Part shown: piece after piece, positions 8,191 to 17,294 of the stretch
Numbering within the stretch: position 1 is the first letter of the stretch
Layout: each line of letters opens with the position of its first letter
Virus record (IMG/VR): IMGVR_UViG_3300042478_001433
Length of the DNA stretch: 26,871 nt
DNA from: an uncultured virus (IMG/VR IMGVR_UViG_3300042478_001433)
Taxonomy: Duplodnaviria; Heunggongvirae; Uroviricota; Caudoviricetes
Direction: 5' to 3' (one strand)
Notes under the pieces: model-generated
Seen by the model: only the letters and a program-made list of their open reading frames with translations
What the model was told of the DNA's origin: nothing
Databases searched by the model: none
Made by a program: the position numbers and the translations under genes

Positions 8191-11100
8191 TTGAAGCGCT
8201 TGGTTGCAGCGAATATGAGTATAAAACTTTTGTCCGTTATGCCGTACAGCGCACATATGTGCGCCCTGCTGAATACGAGCACATACCTGATATCCAGGCA
8301 ATTCTTCCTGCTGTAGGTTTTGGCGCTGCTGCGGTATTTGGCGGGAGTGCAGCAGCCAAAAGTGCAGCAGCAATTATTGCAACTAACATTGCAATCGGCT
8401 TAGCGCTTACAGCAGTAAGTCTTTTGCTAGCACCAAAAGCTCCAGCTCTTGAAACACCCGCCAAAATTCGCGGCAAAAAGCTTGCTGATCAGATTGGCCC
8501 CACTCGTTTCAATCAAGCAACAAGCTTCGATAACGTCAGCAGCCTCGCCGAATACGGCCAGCCAATCCCCATCCCGTTTGGCAAGCGAGGCACTGGCGCT
8601 GACGGCGCTTTAACCGGCGGTCTGATTCTTGCGCCTGCACTGGTGTGGAGCCGCATCTACAGCTACGGCAGTTACCAAGCGTTTGAAGGCATCTACGTCG
8701 CTGGCGAGTACGGCAGTGAGGCCCCCCAACTTGGCGGCATCCGCGTTGGCACCACAGCGCTGAACAGCCTCGGCAACCGCGACTATGCAGTGTTCTGGTC
8801 AAGCCAGTTAGGCGAAAATAGACCAAGGACAGCACGCTTAGTCGCTGGCACCCACATAGAAGGGGACGGCACCACCGGCACCGTTGGCCGCCAGATTTTT
8901 ACCGCTCCAACCGAGGACGGACAGTTCAGCCAGGGATTTTCCATGGCTTACACCCCTCAAGCGGATACGTCGTTTGGAACAGCTGAGCCAATCCACAACG
9001 GCACGGCCTTCCGCTTCAACTGGGAAATCATCTCGGCGCCTTATGCAGCAACTGAAGGCCCGGACAATAAAGACGCACGCCTAGAAACTCAAGCCCGCCG
9101 CCGCAAGATCGCTGGTTCCGATGCTGATGTTCTGCATCGCTACGCCGATCAACCCAAAGAAGACATTCTACAGGTCGGTATGCCAGGTGTGGGACGTGCC
9201 TACTCCCGCCGCATGGGGTTTGTTGCACACAGCGGCACTAATGGCGGTGCTGACGTAGAAAATCGCACGATCGTATCAGTAGCCGAAAACGATACCTTAA
9301 CATTCGAAATCAATGGTAATAACTGGAAAGACTTTAATCAAGATGATTTCAAGGACACAGAGGTTAATGTCAAAGACTTGAAGGCTTCTGCTGATTCTTG
9401 GAGAGCAAGGGCTTCTGATTTGTTGGCCATAGGCTCTAAATGGATTATCGGCGCTTCGGTGTGGGTTGTTGAAAGCAGAAGCCCCGCCACTTGGACACAG
9501 TTTCAAACCCAACGCATTACATTTAAATGCACCGCAATTACCGGCGTAGCAACTGTCGGGCTGGCTGGCAGAAGAACAGTAGAAGAACCACTCGGCGGCT
9601 ACGAAGGTAGTGTCTTTAACCCCAACAAACACTGCGGCGCAGCTTTCTTCAACATCTGCCGTCTGCATATGGCAAGCATCCGTCCCGTGCGACGCGATGC
9701 CCAAGTCATCGAAATTGGACTCCGTAGCCAAGTCTGGAACCGCGCCAACGGCCTGTGCAACTTCAACGCAATTCCTACGCCTTTCAAACTGCACCAACTC
9801 GATAAACAGGACATTACGCTCACAACGCCTCGAATGGATAAGTACTTCGAGCGCACATCGTGCTTTTCTATTTGGGTACGCCCAGTTGAGGTTTATGGCC
9901 AAGCCCAGCAGCCTTGGCGCAGGATGCCGCAAGTTTTCTGCGTTACTGGTAATGCCCCGGTCGATCAGTACAACTACATCCGTATTCGTCCTAAGCAAAT
10001 TGGATACTACGAGTACCGATTTATTCCGCGCACGGGATCGGATATTGCAATCAACAGCATAGATACAAATAGAGTTATCCGATTAAATGCGAATACTGGC
10101 AGCATCTTAGGAATAGACTTAGACACAGACTATGGCGGTTTTAGAGTCACAACTAACGGCGATGACACTATAACTATTGCTGACATTCGCTTGAACGACG
10201 AACTTGTAACAGATCCACAAGAAGGCAGCAGTGTAACCACCACTCAAACAACTATTCCATCAGCACTATCGCAGTACGACACCACATCCAGCAATGGCAG
10301 CGTACAACAGATTACTAATGCGTGGCTCACTGCTGTACTGGGCTATGCACGTGACAATGCGGGTAACGAAAACAGTGCTGACATAACAATCGACAAGCCC
10401 AACGTCGGGCAAATTGTGTTCACTGTCAAAGCTACGTCCGTAGCCGGCGTACTGGGCTCTACTATTGGAAATGTATACTTAGCTACAAACAAAGGAAGCA
10501 CGTATATATGGAGCGGCATGTCTTTCACGGTAAAGTCCGCGAATGGAACATGGAATACATCGCACAAATTTACGGTGGTTGTAAATGTTGATAACGATTT
10601 TTCAAAAGTAGGCGGCTACTCGGAGGTCAACGTTGCCTTTGCTGTTACTGCTGTTCAAGCTGTATCGACAGTTAACAGCTCCACAGTCAGCAGCGCCGAG
10701 CGCGTATTTGAAGAAAACTCACAGGTCTCAGACTGCAGCCATTATCTGGAGCTGACCAAGTCCAACGAGAGCGGACCCGAGCATCAGATCGTTTACGTCA
10801 ACGAGTGCATTTCCAACGAAACACTCGCCGAGTACTACGGCATGTCCACACTGGGATTTACTGTTAAATCCAGCGGTCAACTTGGCGGCATCGGTCAAAT
10901 ACGCGCTTGGGTGCCAACCGGTATCAGCGTTTACCGCTTGATTGAGCAGGACAACAGACCCAGCAACCTTTTCGCCGATCTTGTCTACTACCTCCTGACC
11001 AGCAAGAGCCAAGGTGTCGGCAATGTTGTCCCTACAGAGCTGATCGACGTCGAATCACTCACCACAACCGCCCAGTACTTACGCGCCAACAAGATCTTCT

Positions 11101-11975
11101 TTGACGGCGTGGTGGAAGACAGCGACAGCCTGCGCTCGTTCCTGTACGACAACGCTGCGCTGCAGCTATGCAACTTCACGATCAAAAACGGTCGCTTCGG
11201 CATGATGCCGGCACTGCCTTACGACAGCAGCTACCAGATCAGCACCACGCCCATCGCAATCGAGCAGATTTTCACCTCGGGCAACATCATCCAAGACAGC
11301 TTGCAGGTCCAGTACATCGACGCCGCCCAGCGTTCAAACTTCCGTGCTCTGGTTAGTTGGCGCGTCACCGTCGAAAACGATCTACCAACGCAAGCCTCCG
11401 CTTTGGTCGACTGGGCCGACATCGCGGAAGGCAGCCGTTCCACGACCCAGCAAGCTTTCGATCTAACTGACTTCTGCACCAACCGTGCCCAAGCACTGAA
11501 GACCGCACGGTTCCTGTTGAGCATCCGCCGCCGCGTCACTCACACCGTCAGCTTCAAAACCGTACCCGACGCCCTCGGCATCCAACCCGGTTCCTACATC
11601 CGCGTTATCACCGAAGCCACCACCTACAGCGCCACCAACAACGGCGGCATCACGGACGCCGGCACCCTCGTCAGCGTCACCTCTATCGCCAACGGCAGCT
11701 ACGACGCCCTGATCTACAACCCCAGCACGAGTGCTGTAACCGAGCAACGCATTACGATCCAAAACAACGCCGTCACAGATTCCGCTTTGCGCGGCTGTCT
11801 GTTTACGTTGCTCAGCCTTCAGACCAGCGCATCCGTTTATCAAGTGGAGCAGCTCACACTGGACGAAGACGGCTTGGTGAATATCAGCGCCGTAGAAGTG
11901 CCCGTCGATTCCACCGGCGTTAGCATTGTGGCTAAGGACGTGCTTACTGAAGCAAATTTTCGCGTACTGGAGTAA
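8085..11975 (+). CDS. central tail tip / host-specificity protein (gpJ-like)
   Basis: 1296 aa; AEYGQPIPIPFG, SNLFAD.VYYLLT, F.DG, V.F.T....LGIQPG..I.V motifs of tip-attachment proteins; exact start uncertain. Confidence 0.85.
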   Translation: MAEWHPIHKPLNFRSGLETGGQSYDPPLLPYEIALIEALGCSEYEYKTFVRYAVQRTYVRPAEYEHIPDIQAILPAVGFGAAAVFGGSAAAKSAAAIIATNIAIGLALTAVSLLLAPKAPALETPAKIRGKKLADQIGPTRFNQATSFDNVSSLAEYGQPIPIPFGKRGTGADGALTGGLILAPALVWSRIYSYGSYQAFEGIYVAGEYGSEAPQLGGIRVGTTALNSLGNRDYAVFWSSQLGENRPRTARLVAGTHIEGDGTTGTVGRQIFTAPTEDGQFSQGFSMAYTPQADTSFGTAEPIHNGTAFRFNWEIISAPYAATEGPDNKDARLETQARRRKIAGSDADVLHRYADQPKEDILQVGMPGVGRAYSRRMGFVAHSGTNGGADVENRTIVSVAENDTLTFEINGNNWKDFNQDDFKDTEVNVKDLKASADSWRARASDLLAIGSKWIIGASVWVVESRSPATWTQFQTQRITFKCTAITGVATVGLAGRRTVEEPLGGYEGSVFNPNKHCGAAFFNICRLHMASIRPVRRDAQVIEIGLRSQVWNRANGLCNFNAIPTPFKLHQLDKQDITLTTPRMDKYFERTSCFSIWVRPVEVYGQAQQPWRRMPQVFCVTGNAPVDQYNYIRIRPKQIGYYEYRFIPRTGSDIAINSIDTNRVIRLNANTGSILGIDLDTDYGGFRVTTNGDDTITIADIRLNDELVTDPQEGSSVTTTQTTIPSALSQYDTTSSNGSVQQITNAWLTAVLGYARDNAGNENSADITIDKPNVGQIVFTVKATSVAGVLGSTIGNVYLATNKGSTYIWSGMSFTVKSANGTWNTSHKFTVVVNVDNDFSKVGGYSEVNVAFAVTAVQAVSTVNSSTVSSAERVFEENSQVSDCSHYLELTKSNESGPEHQIVYVNECISNETLAEYYGMSTLGFTVKSSGQLGGIGQIRAWVPTGISVYRLIEQDNRPSNLFADLVYYLLTSKSQGVGNVVPTELIDVESLTTTAQYLRANKIFFDGVVEDSDSLRSFLYDNAALQLCNFTIKNGRFGMMPALPYDSSYQISTTPIAIEQIFTSGNIIQDSLQVQYIDAAQRSNFRALVSWRVTVENDLPTQASALVDWADIAEGSRSTTQQAFDLTDFCTNRAQALKTARFLLSIRRRVTHTVSFKTVPDALGIQPGSYIRVITEATTYSATNNGGITDAGTLVSVTSIANGSYDALIYNPSTSAVTEQRITIQNNAVTDSALRGCLFTLLSLQTSASVYQVEQLTLDEDGLVNISAVEVPVDSTGVSIVAKDVLTEANFRVLE

Positions 11976-12349
11976 TGGCTTTTCCGACACTGACGCCAAC
12001 CAGCCGCGAGTTCAGCCCTGGTGCGTGGCCCATCAAAAACCACAACTCACAATCCGGCGCCGAGATCCGAATTTTGTATGGGTCTCAGCGAACCAACGCC
12101 AAGCTGGGCCTTAGCTACGAAAACGTAACTGACGCAAACGCCCAGCTTTTCATCGACGACTTCAACTCAAACATCGGCACACTTCGCACTTTTACACTTC
12201 CTTCCGCTACGCGAAACGGCTGGAACGGCAGTGCGGCAACTTTGGATGCGCCACCTGGCACAAAGTGGCGCTACGAAAGCGAGCCGCAAATCCGCTCAGT
12301 GAGACCCGGCCGTAGCAGCGTTACAGTGAATCTAGTGGCGGTGATCTAA
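11975..12349 (+). CDS. minor tail protein (distal-tail/gpM-like)
   Basis: FP.LTP.SR, L.LSY.NV, F.LP, WRY...PQ, V.V.L pattern; coupled start. Confidence 0.6.
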   Translation: MAFPTLTPTSREFSPGAWPIKNHNSQSGAEIRILYGSQRTNAKLGLSYENVTDANAQLFIDDFNSNIGTLRTFTLPSATRNGWNGSAATLDAPPGTKWRYESEPQIRSVRPGRSSVTVNLVAVI

Positions 12350-12774
12350 TGGCCAAGGTTTATACCGGACGCGACGGCCGCCTGCTGATCGACGGCACCG
12401 AACAGATCAAGGTCAGTAACTGGACTTTGACCGGCTCTCTTGAAGCGCTGGAAACCACCACGCTTGGCGAATCACAACGCAGTTACGCGCCAGGCGTCCA
12501 AGAATTCAACGGCAGCGCCACACTGCTGTACTACAAAGACGACACAGGCCGCAACGACGCTGCCACTGCGTTGAAGAAAGTGCTGCGTGTTGCTGGTGTA
12601 TCCAGCAGCGATACCGTCACAATGCGTCTGCGTTTGGCGGATGGCAACACAAACAGCGACGTGCAACTGACTGCTTACATTACCAACGTCTCGTTTGGTG
12701 CCAGCGTGGGTGAAGTCAGCTCTGCCCAAATCAGCTTCCAAGCCACTGGTGCACTTACAGCGGTGACAATCTGA
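12349..12774 (+). CDS. tail-tube-like protein
   Basis: YTGRDG.L, V.NWTL.....LETTTLG...RSY.PG...F.GSATL.Y and ISFQATG resemble the tube fold. Confidence 0.65.
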   Translation: MAKVYTGRDGRLLIDGTEQIKVSNWTLTGSLEALETTTLGESQRSYAPGVQEFNGSATLLYYKDDTGRNDAATALKKVLRVAGVSSSDTVTMRLRLADGNTNSDVQLTAYITNVSFGASVGEVSSAQISFQATGALTAVTI

Positions 12775-13670
12775 TGGGCATCTACCTCGGCAATGTCGGC
12801 AATATCGAGCTGACCCGCATCTCACTAGAAGGCAGCAAAGCCTCAGTAATTAACCCTGGAGATGTTAATACCGAACGCGATCGATTTAGCTTTGACTTTG
12901 ACGCCAGCTTTCTAACAAGTGGTGATTTTGTCGAAATCAGTACTACTGACAACACAAACCTTGACTTTATTGCTGCCAGTGGTTGGGCCAACAACACTGT
13001 CCAGTCCAGCGGTAACTGGTACGTTTTTGTTGACGAACTTGGCGGCATCAAACTTTACGAGACATTTGACGACAGCCTTGAGGGCGGTGGCACCGGACTT
13101 ATACCACTTGCATCTATTAGTCGCAACATACCTATTAACGTAAAAATTGCAGACACTACATCTCGACTGCTAGCTTCTGTTACGGACTACGAACTAAACA
13201 CAAACCGCGAAACCGTTGACATCACATCGTTAAGTGATGAACACCGCCAACAGCACAGCAGCCTAATTAGTGGTAGCGGACGACTTATCGCTCACTGGGA
13301 CTACACAAACGCAATCAACGAAGAACCCGTGCATTACCTAATGCAGCTAGTTCTTCGTACTGAGGTCGGATCGTCTTTTCACGGCAAGTTTTACGTCAAG
13401 TACGAAAACACTGTTCCACAAGGCGGCGATTTTGATGCAACGCAAATTAACGACGCATTGTGGTGGGAATTCGATGCACTGGTGACAGGCAGCGCGGTAA
13501 GTTTTGCGGCCGACGAAATGATCACTGGCACGATTGATTTTGTTGCCACCGGTCCCATCCGCCTGCGTGCCAAAACGCAACAAAAACGTTTCCTCCTGCA
13601 AGAGGACGACGGCAAGATCAAACTGGAAAAACCAGCCAATTCGCACCTGTTGCTGGAAGAGCTGGAGTAA
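12774..13670 (+). CDS. tail-tube-like protein with insertion (possible fibre-anchoring collar)
   Basis: YLGNVG.IEL, V.DYELNTNRETVDITSL, ISGSG, IDFV.TGPI; C-terminal LLQEDDG..LE. Confidence 0.6.
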   Translation: MGIYLGNVGNIELTRISLEGSKASVINPGDVNTERDRFSFDFDASFLTSGDFVEISTTDNTNLDFIAASGWANNTVQSSGNWYVFVDELGGIKLYETFDDSLEGGGTGLIPLASISRNIPINVKIADTTSRLLASVTDYELNTNRETVDITSLSDEHRQQHSSLISGSGRLIAHWDYTNAINEEPVHYLMQLVLRTEVGSSFHGKFYVKYENTVPQGGDFDATQINDALWWEFDALVTGSAVSFAADEMITGTIDFVATGPIRLRAKTQQKRFLLQEDDGKIKLEKPANSHLLLEELE

Positions 13671-13715
13671 GACGTAGACTTGGTGTAACTGTAAACGCCA
13701 CGCGGGCACTGGGGC

Positions 13716-15389
13716 ATGGCCGATCTTCGTATCAGCGAACTAGCGGCATTAGCCGGTGCCAATCTCGCGGCAAGTGACCTGCTTGCCGTCGTTGATACCA
13801 GCGCCAGCGAAACCAAAAAAATCACGGTTACTGACTTTACCGGCAAAGCGGTCACGCTGATCGCTGACGCCACCATCCCTGGCGCCAAGATTCTGTTCGG
13901 CACTGCCGAGATTGCAGGCACTGCGCTGGAAGATGGCGCTGTTGACACGTTGCAGCTTGCTGCTGATGCTGTAACAGCCGCCAAACTCGCTGACGAATCC
14001 AGCGTCGATCTCGTCACGACGCTTCCGGCCTCTGGCGCCTTCGTCGGTCAGATCGCGCTCGACACCGCCGACAGCAAGATCTACTGCTGGAACGGCAGCA
14101 CTTGGGTCAGCATCAAAGCCGCTGGCTCAATTAACACTGTCATCGGTGGTACGGCCGGAGTCGTCAACGTTACTGTCACCACCTCCGGCGACGAAGTTAC
14201 AATCAGCACCACGCTGGATAACACCAGCGCCGCAGCAGAATTCCTCGCCGGCCCAACTTCTGCCGCTGGCGCAGTCACCTACCGCACGATTGCTGCGGGC
14301 GATCTTCCAACAGCAACCACCGGTGCCAAAGGTGCGGTTGTCGTCAATGGCAACGGCCTGACAATGAGCGGCGACACCGTCGTCATCAACAACACGGTCA
14401 CCGCCGAAGCCAGCAATTATCACGTCGTTCAGTACAACGCCAAGGGTCTGGTCACGGGCGGCCGGCAAATCATCGCGGCAGACGTCCCTGTCGCCACGGC
14501 TAGCAGCATCGGTGTCGTCAAACCCGGCTCCGGCCTTGGTGTTGACGGTGCTGGAACACTCAATCACATCAACTCGATCACCCCGGCAAGTGCCGCCAAG
14601 GTCACCTACGACAGCCAAGGCCACATTGTTGCTGCACTGGCACTGTCCGCAACAGATATTCCCGAACTAGACGCCAGCAAAATTACGACTGGTACGTTTG
14701 CATCAGCGCGGCTTGCTGCCAATAGCGTCACAGCACAACAGCTTGCCGACTACGGCATCGCGCAAGTCAGCAGCACGCAACCGATCCCCGAATTTGCGGG
14801 CCAGCTCTGGATCAACCCCACCGACCGCACCGCTTACGTGTGGGTTGGCCAGGTTTCTCCGGCGCAGGGATATTACCTCCCCCTCAACAACGAGTTCGGC
14901 GCCCAAGCCAACCTCCGATTTGGTGGTACGTACAACGCAAACACCAACACAATCGCCAGCCTCAATAACTATGGCGCATCGGCAGGCCTGACTGTTGGTT
15001 CAGCTCTGGTTGCTCCAACCAGAGCAAGTTCTGGTCTCTACTTGCTGGTTACTACGTCAGGTACTGGCACGGCTCCGGCACCAGCCGTTGCACTAGACGT
15101 TGGCGACTGGATCTTGAGCCCAGGTTCTGGTACGACTTGGACTCACGTCAACATCGTGGGCGCAGGCATCAGCGTCATTGATGCGGGCGACGTTACTTTC
15201 AACGGTGGAGCACTCAGTCCGGCAATGACCGGCGTGGCAGACGCCGAAGCTGCACTAACAACACTTTGGGGTCGCGTTCAAATCGCAACCACCTCAACCG
15301 TTGGTGTAGTACTTGAGAGTACCGAAATCACGGTCAATAACAGCACTGGGTTGATGGAAGTCGGAGTGGTAGATGAAGGCACCTACTGA
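13716..15389 (+). CDS. tail fibre / fibre-base protein
   Basis: N-terminal ADLRISEL...DLL.VVD.SA.ETKKIT; AVTAAKLA repeats; V.Y...G.V..G and ATT...G.V fibre repeats. Confidence 0.8.
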   Translation: MADLRISELAALAGANLAASDLLAVVDTSASETKKITVTDFTGKAVTLIADATIPGAKILFGTAEIAGTALEDGAVDTLQLAADAVTAAKLADESSVDLVTTLPASGAFVGQIALDTADSKIYCWNGSTWVSIKAAGSINTVIGGTAGVVNVTVTTSGDEVTISTTLDNTSAAAEFLAGPTSAAGAVTYRTIAAGDLPTATTGAKGAVVVNGNGLTMSGDTVVINNTVTAEASNYHVVQYNAKGLVTGGRQIIAADVPVATASSIGVVKPGSGLGVDGAGTLNHINSITPASAAKVTYDSQGHIVAALALSATDIPELDASKITTGTFASARLAANSVTAQQLADYGIAQVSSTQPIPEFAGQLWINPTDRTAYVWVGQVSPAQGYYLPLNNEFGAQANLRFGGTYNANTNTIASLNNYGASAGLTVGSALVAPTRASSGLYLLVTTSGTGTAPAPAVALDVGDWILSPGSGTTWTHVNIVGAGISVIDAGDVTFNGGALSPAMTGVADAEAALTTLWGRVQIATTSTVGVVLESTEITVNNSTGLMEVGVVDEGTY

Positions 15390-15547
15390 TGTCAAGCTTC
15401 AATTACAACGGCGAATACCTCCCTCGCGGCGGCGTTGAAGGCGAAATGCTGATCAAAGTCAGCAATGCTGACTATTACGTGCAGTACAAAACGCTGCCCG
15501 AAATCTTCGACGAATACGACATTGTGATTGACGAGGGTGAGTATTAG
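15389..15547 (+). CDS. small acidic protein (52 aa; not in ORF track)
   Basis: TGATG coupling; MSSFNYNGEYLPRGGVEGEMLIKVSNADYYVQYKTLPEIFDEYDIVIDEGEY*. Confidence 0.7.
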   Translation: MSSFNYNGEYLPRGGVEGEMLIKVSNADYYVQYKTLPEIFDEYDIVIDEGEY

Positions 15548-15587
15548 TAGACTGCCTGAGTAACGCCGTCCCGCAGGGAGTTAAGGC

Positions 15588-16784
15588 ATGGCCACGTACA
15601 AGCATCTTCGTAGCAGCACTGCAAATAAGCGTCCCACAACAACGATTGTTGACGGCCAGCTCGCAATCAACACAAACACCGCTAGCCCCGGCCTGTTTTT
15701 CAAGGATTCTGCTGGTACAGGCATCGTCAAAGTAGGCCCAGTACACGTCGGCACCACGGCACCAAACAGCGTGCCGGCTTCTGGCGGAAGCAGCGGAAAC
15801 TACACCGGTGAGCAGTGGCTGGACACAAGTGTGTCTCCTGCTCAGATGAAAGTCTGGAACGGCAGCACCTGGGTCGGCATCGTCGCCGATGAACTGCCTG
15901 TCTCGAAGCTACAAGATGGCGCAGCCCGTCAGCTCATCCAAACTGATGCTGCTGGTACTGGTGTTGAGTGGACCAGCAACGTAGACGTGCCCGGCACGCT
16001 GGACGTTACCAGCACCGCAACATTCGACAGCATTGCGCAGCATCCGTTGGGTACTGCTGGCGCACCGACGATTACCTTCACCGGTGACACAAACACCGGC
16101 ATCTACTCCCCCGGCGCAGACCAAGTAGCCATCTCGACTAATGGCACTGGGCGGTTGTTTGTTGACAGTAGTGGCCTCTTAGGTCTGGGGACTAGTAGCC
16201 CTGCACCAGCAATCGGAAATGGAGCAACATTGCATTTGTATGGCGCGTCAACTACCAGTGAACTGCGGCTTCAACGAGGTAATGGTACTGACCTTAGCCT
16301 TCTTGCCGGATCAGCCACAGGCGGGGCTGCAATTAGTTTAAATAATAAGTTTTCTATATCCACTGACTCTAATTCCACTCAAGCGTTTACTGTTGACACC
16401 TCAGGCCGAGTGGGGATTGGCGTTACAAGCCCTGCCACAACTCTGGATGTCAATGGCGACGTAACCATCGCCGACAAGATTATCCACGGCGGCGACACTA
16501 ATACTGCAATTCGATTCCCCGCTGCGGATACTGTTTCGGTTGAGACTGCTGGCAGTGAACGCGCCCGAATCGACAGCTCCGGCAGGTTGTTAGTTGGCAC
16601 GTCCTCAGACTCTGGTGGCGCACTCCTGCAGGTAAACGGCAATCGAGTTAGAGTTGCCACGGCAAAAACACCTGCATCGGCATCTGATACTGGTACAACC
16701 GGAGAGATCTGTTGGGATGCCAATTACGTTTACGTTTGCACTGCCACGAACACATGGAAGCGCACCGCAATCAGCACATGGTGA
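15588..16784 (+). CDS. tail fibre / receptor-binding protein
   Basis: N-terminal HLRSSTANKRP...GQLAINT..PGLFFKD; repeated GDTNT.../R..IDSSG..L.GT modules; C-terminal G..GEICWD.NY.YVC.ATNTWKR. Confidence 0.8.
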   Translation: MATYKHLRSSTANKRPTTTIVDGQLAINTNTASPGLFFKDSAGTGIVKVGPVHVGTTAPNSVPASGGSSGNYTGEQWLDTSVSPAQMKVWNGSTWVGIVADELPVSKLQDGAARQLIQTDAAGTGVEWTSNVDVPGTLDVTSTATFDSIAQHPLGTAGAPTITFTGDTNTGIYSPGADQVAISTNGTGRLFVDSSGLLGLGTSSPAPAIGNGATLHLYGASTTSELRLQRGNGTDLSLLAGSATGGAAISLNNKFSISTDSNSTQAFTVDTSGRVGIGVTSPATTLDVNGDVTIADKIIHGGDTNTAIRFPAADTVSVETAGSERARIDSSGRLLVGTSSDSGGALLQVNGNRVRVATAKTPASASDTGTTGEICWDANYVYVCTATNTWKRTAISTW

Positions 16785-16881
16785 CGACATGCCCCGCGCT
16801 GCGTCAGTGCAACATCTGCAAAGAGCACAAACCGCAGACTGACTTCTACAAAGTCAAGCGGGCAAAGAAGGACATTCTGCG
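16778..16881 (+). pseudogene. N-terminal remnant of a Zn-finger (HNH/endonuclease VII-type) gene
   Basis: MVTTCPALRQCNICKEHKPQTDFYKVKRAKKDIL: CxxC-x3-K-x4-FY start typical of phage homing endonucleases; frame continues to 17107 with no second CxxC or HNH motif. Confidence 0.5.
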
Positions 16882-17163
16882 TTGCACGATGCCGCCGATG
16901 ATGTTGAAGGCTGGGGGAATTATGCATCCAGTTATTTTCAGGAAAAACATGATCTTCCCGGCAACGTTGCTCGGATTCACGCTATGGCTGACGAAGCTCG
17001 CGCCTACCTTGCTGCTACCACTGAGCCTCAGATCAGTGAAGAAGAAAACGAGCGGCGATTCAGGGAATGCCTTCGTATTATTCAAAACACCACCCATGAA
17101 AACCTAGTGGAACTGATGGGAGAGGACTTCTTAGAAGAGTTTCGTCGCGCTTCCCAGCGCTAG
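16882..17163 (+). CDS. small hypothetical protein, possibly a 5'-truncated accessory gene
   Basis: Protein-like acidic helical frame; only TTG 16882 or an internal ATG as start; abuts the endonuclease remnant. Confidence 0.5.
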   Translation: MHDAADDVEGWGNYASSYFQEKHDLPGNVARIHAMADEARAYLAATTEPQISEEENERRFRECLRIIQNTTHENLVELMGEDFLEEFRRASQR

Positions 17164-17228
17164 TAATCACCTTCACTAGTCACCTTCTAATTTGACTCAA
17201 ATTTGAAGTTGGCCAGTCCACGTCGCTA
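17164..17228 (+). repeat. cluster of three degenerate 15-mers (TAATCACCTTCACTA, TAGTCACCTTCTAAT, CAGTCCACGTCGCTA)
   Basis: Copies at 17164-17178, 17177-17191 and 17214-17228; related copy at 21248-21262 on the - strand. Confidence 0.55.
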
Positions 17229-17294
17229 GGCGGGCAACCGGCCTACTCAACTGGTTGCACTCCTACTAACCTGCTACTGAACACGGTTTTTACC

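Noticed and set aside
9297..14624. Long - strand ORFs opposite tail genes (e.g. 9297-9998, 11463-11999, 13391-14017, 14127-14624)
   Set aside because: These are antisense shadows of codon-biased GC-rich genes with no recognisable motifs.
16712..17107. 131-aa ORF as an intact gene
   Set aside because: Its start lies inside the fibre gene and only the CxxC segment looks protein-like, so it was treated as a remnant.
17164..17228. CRISPR mini-array
   Set aside because: The repeats are short, degenerate and irregularly spaced, with no spacer-length units or cas genes.
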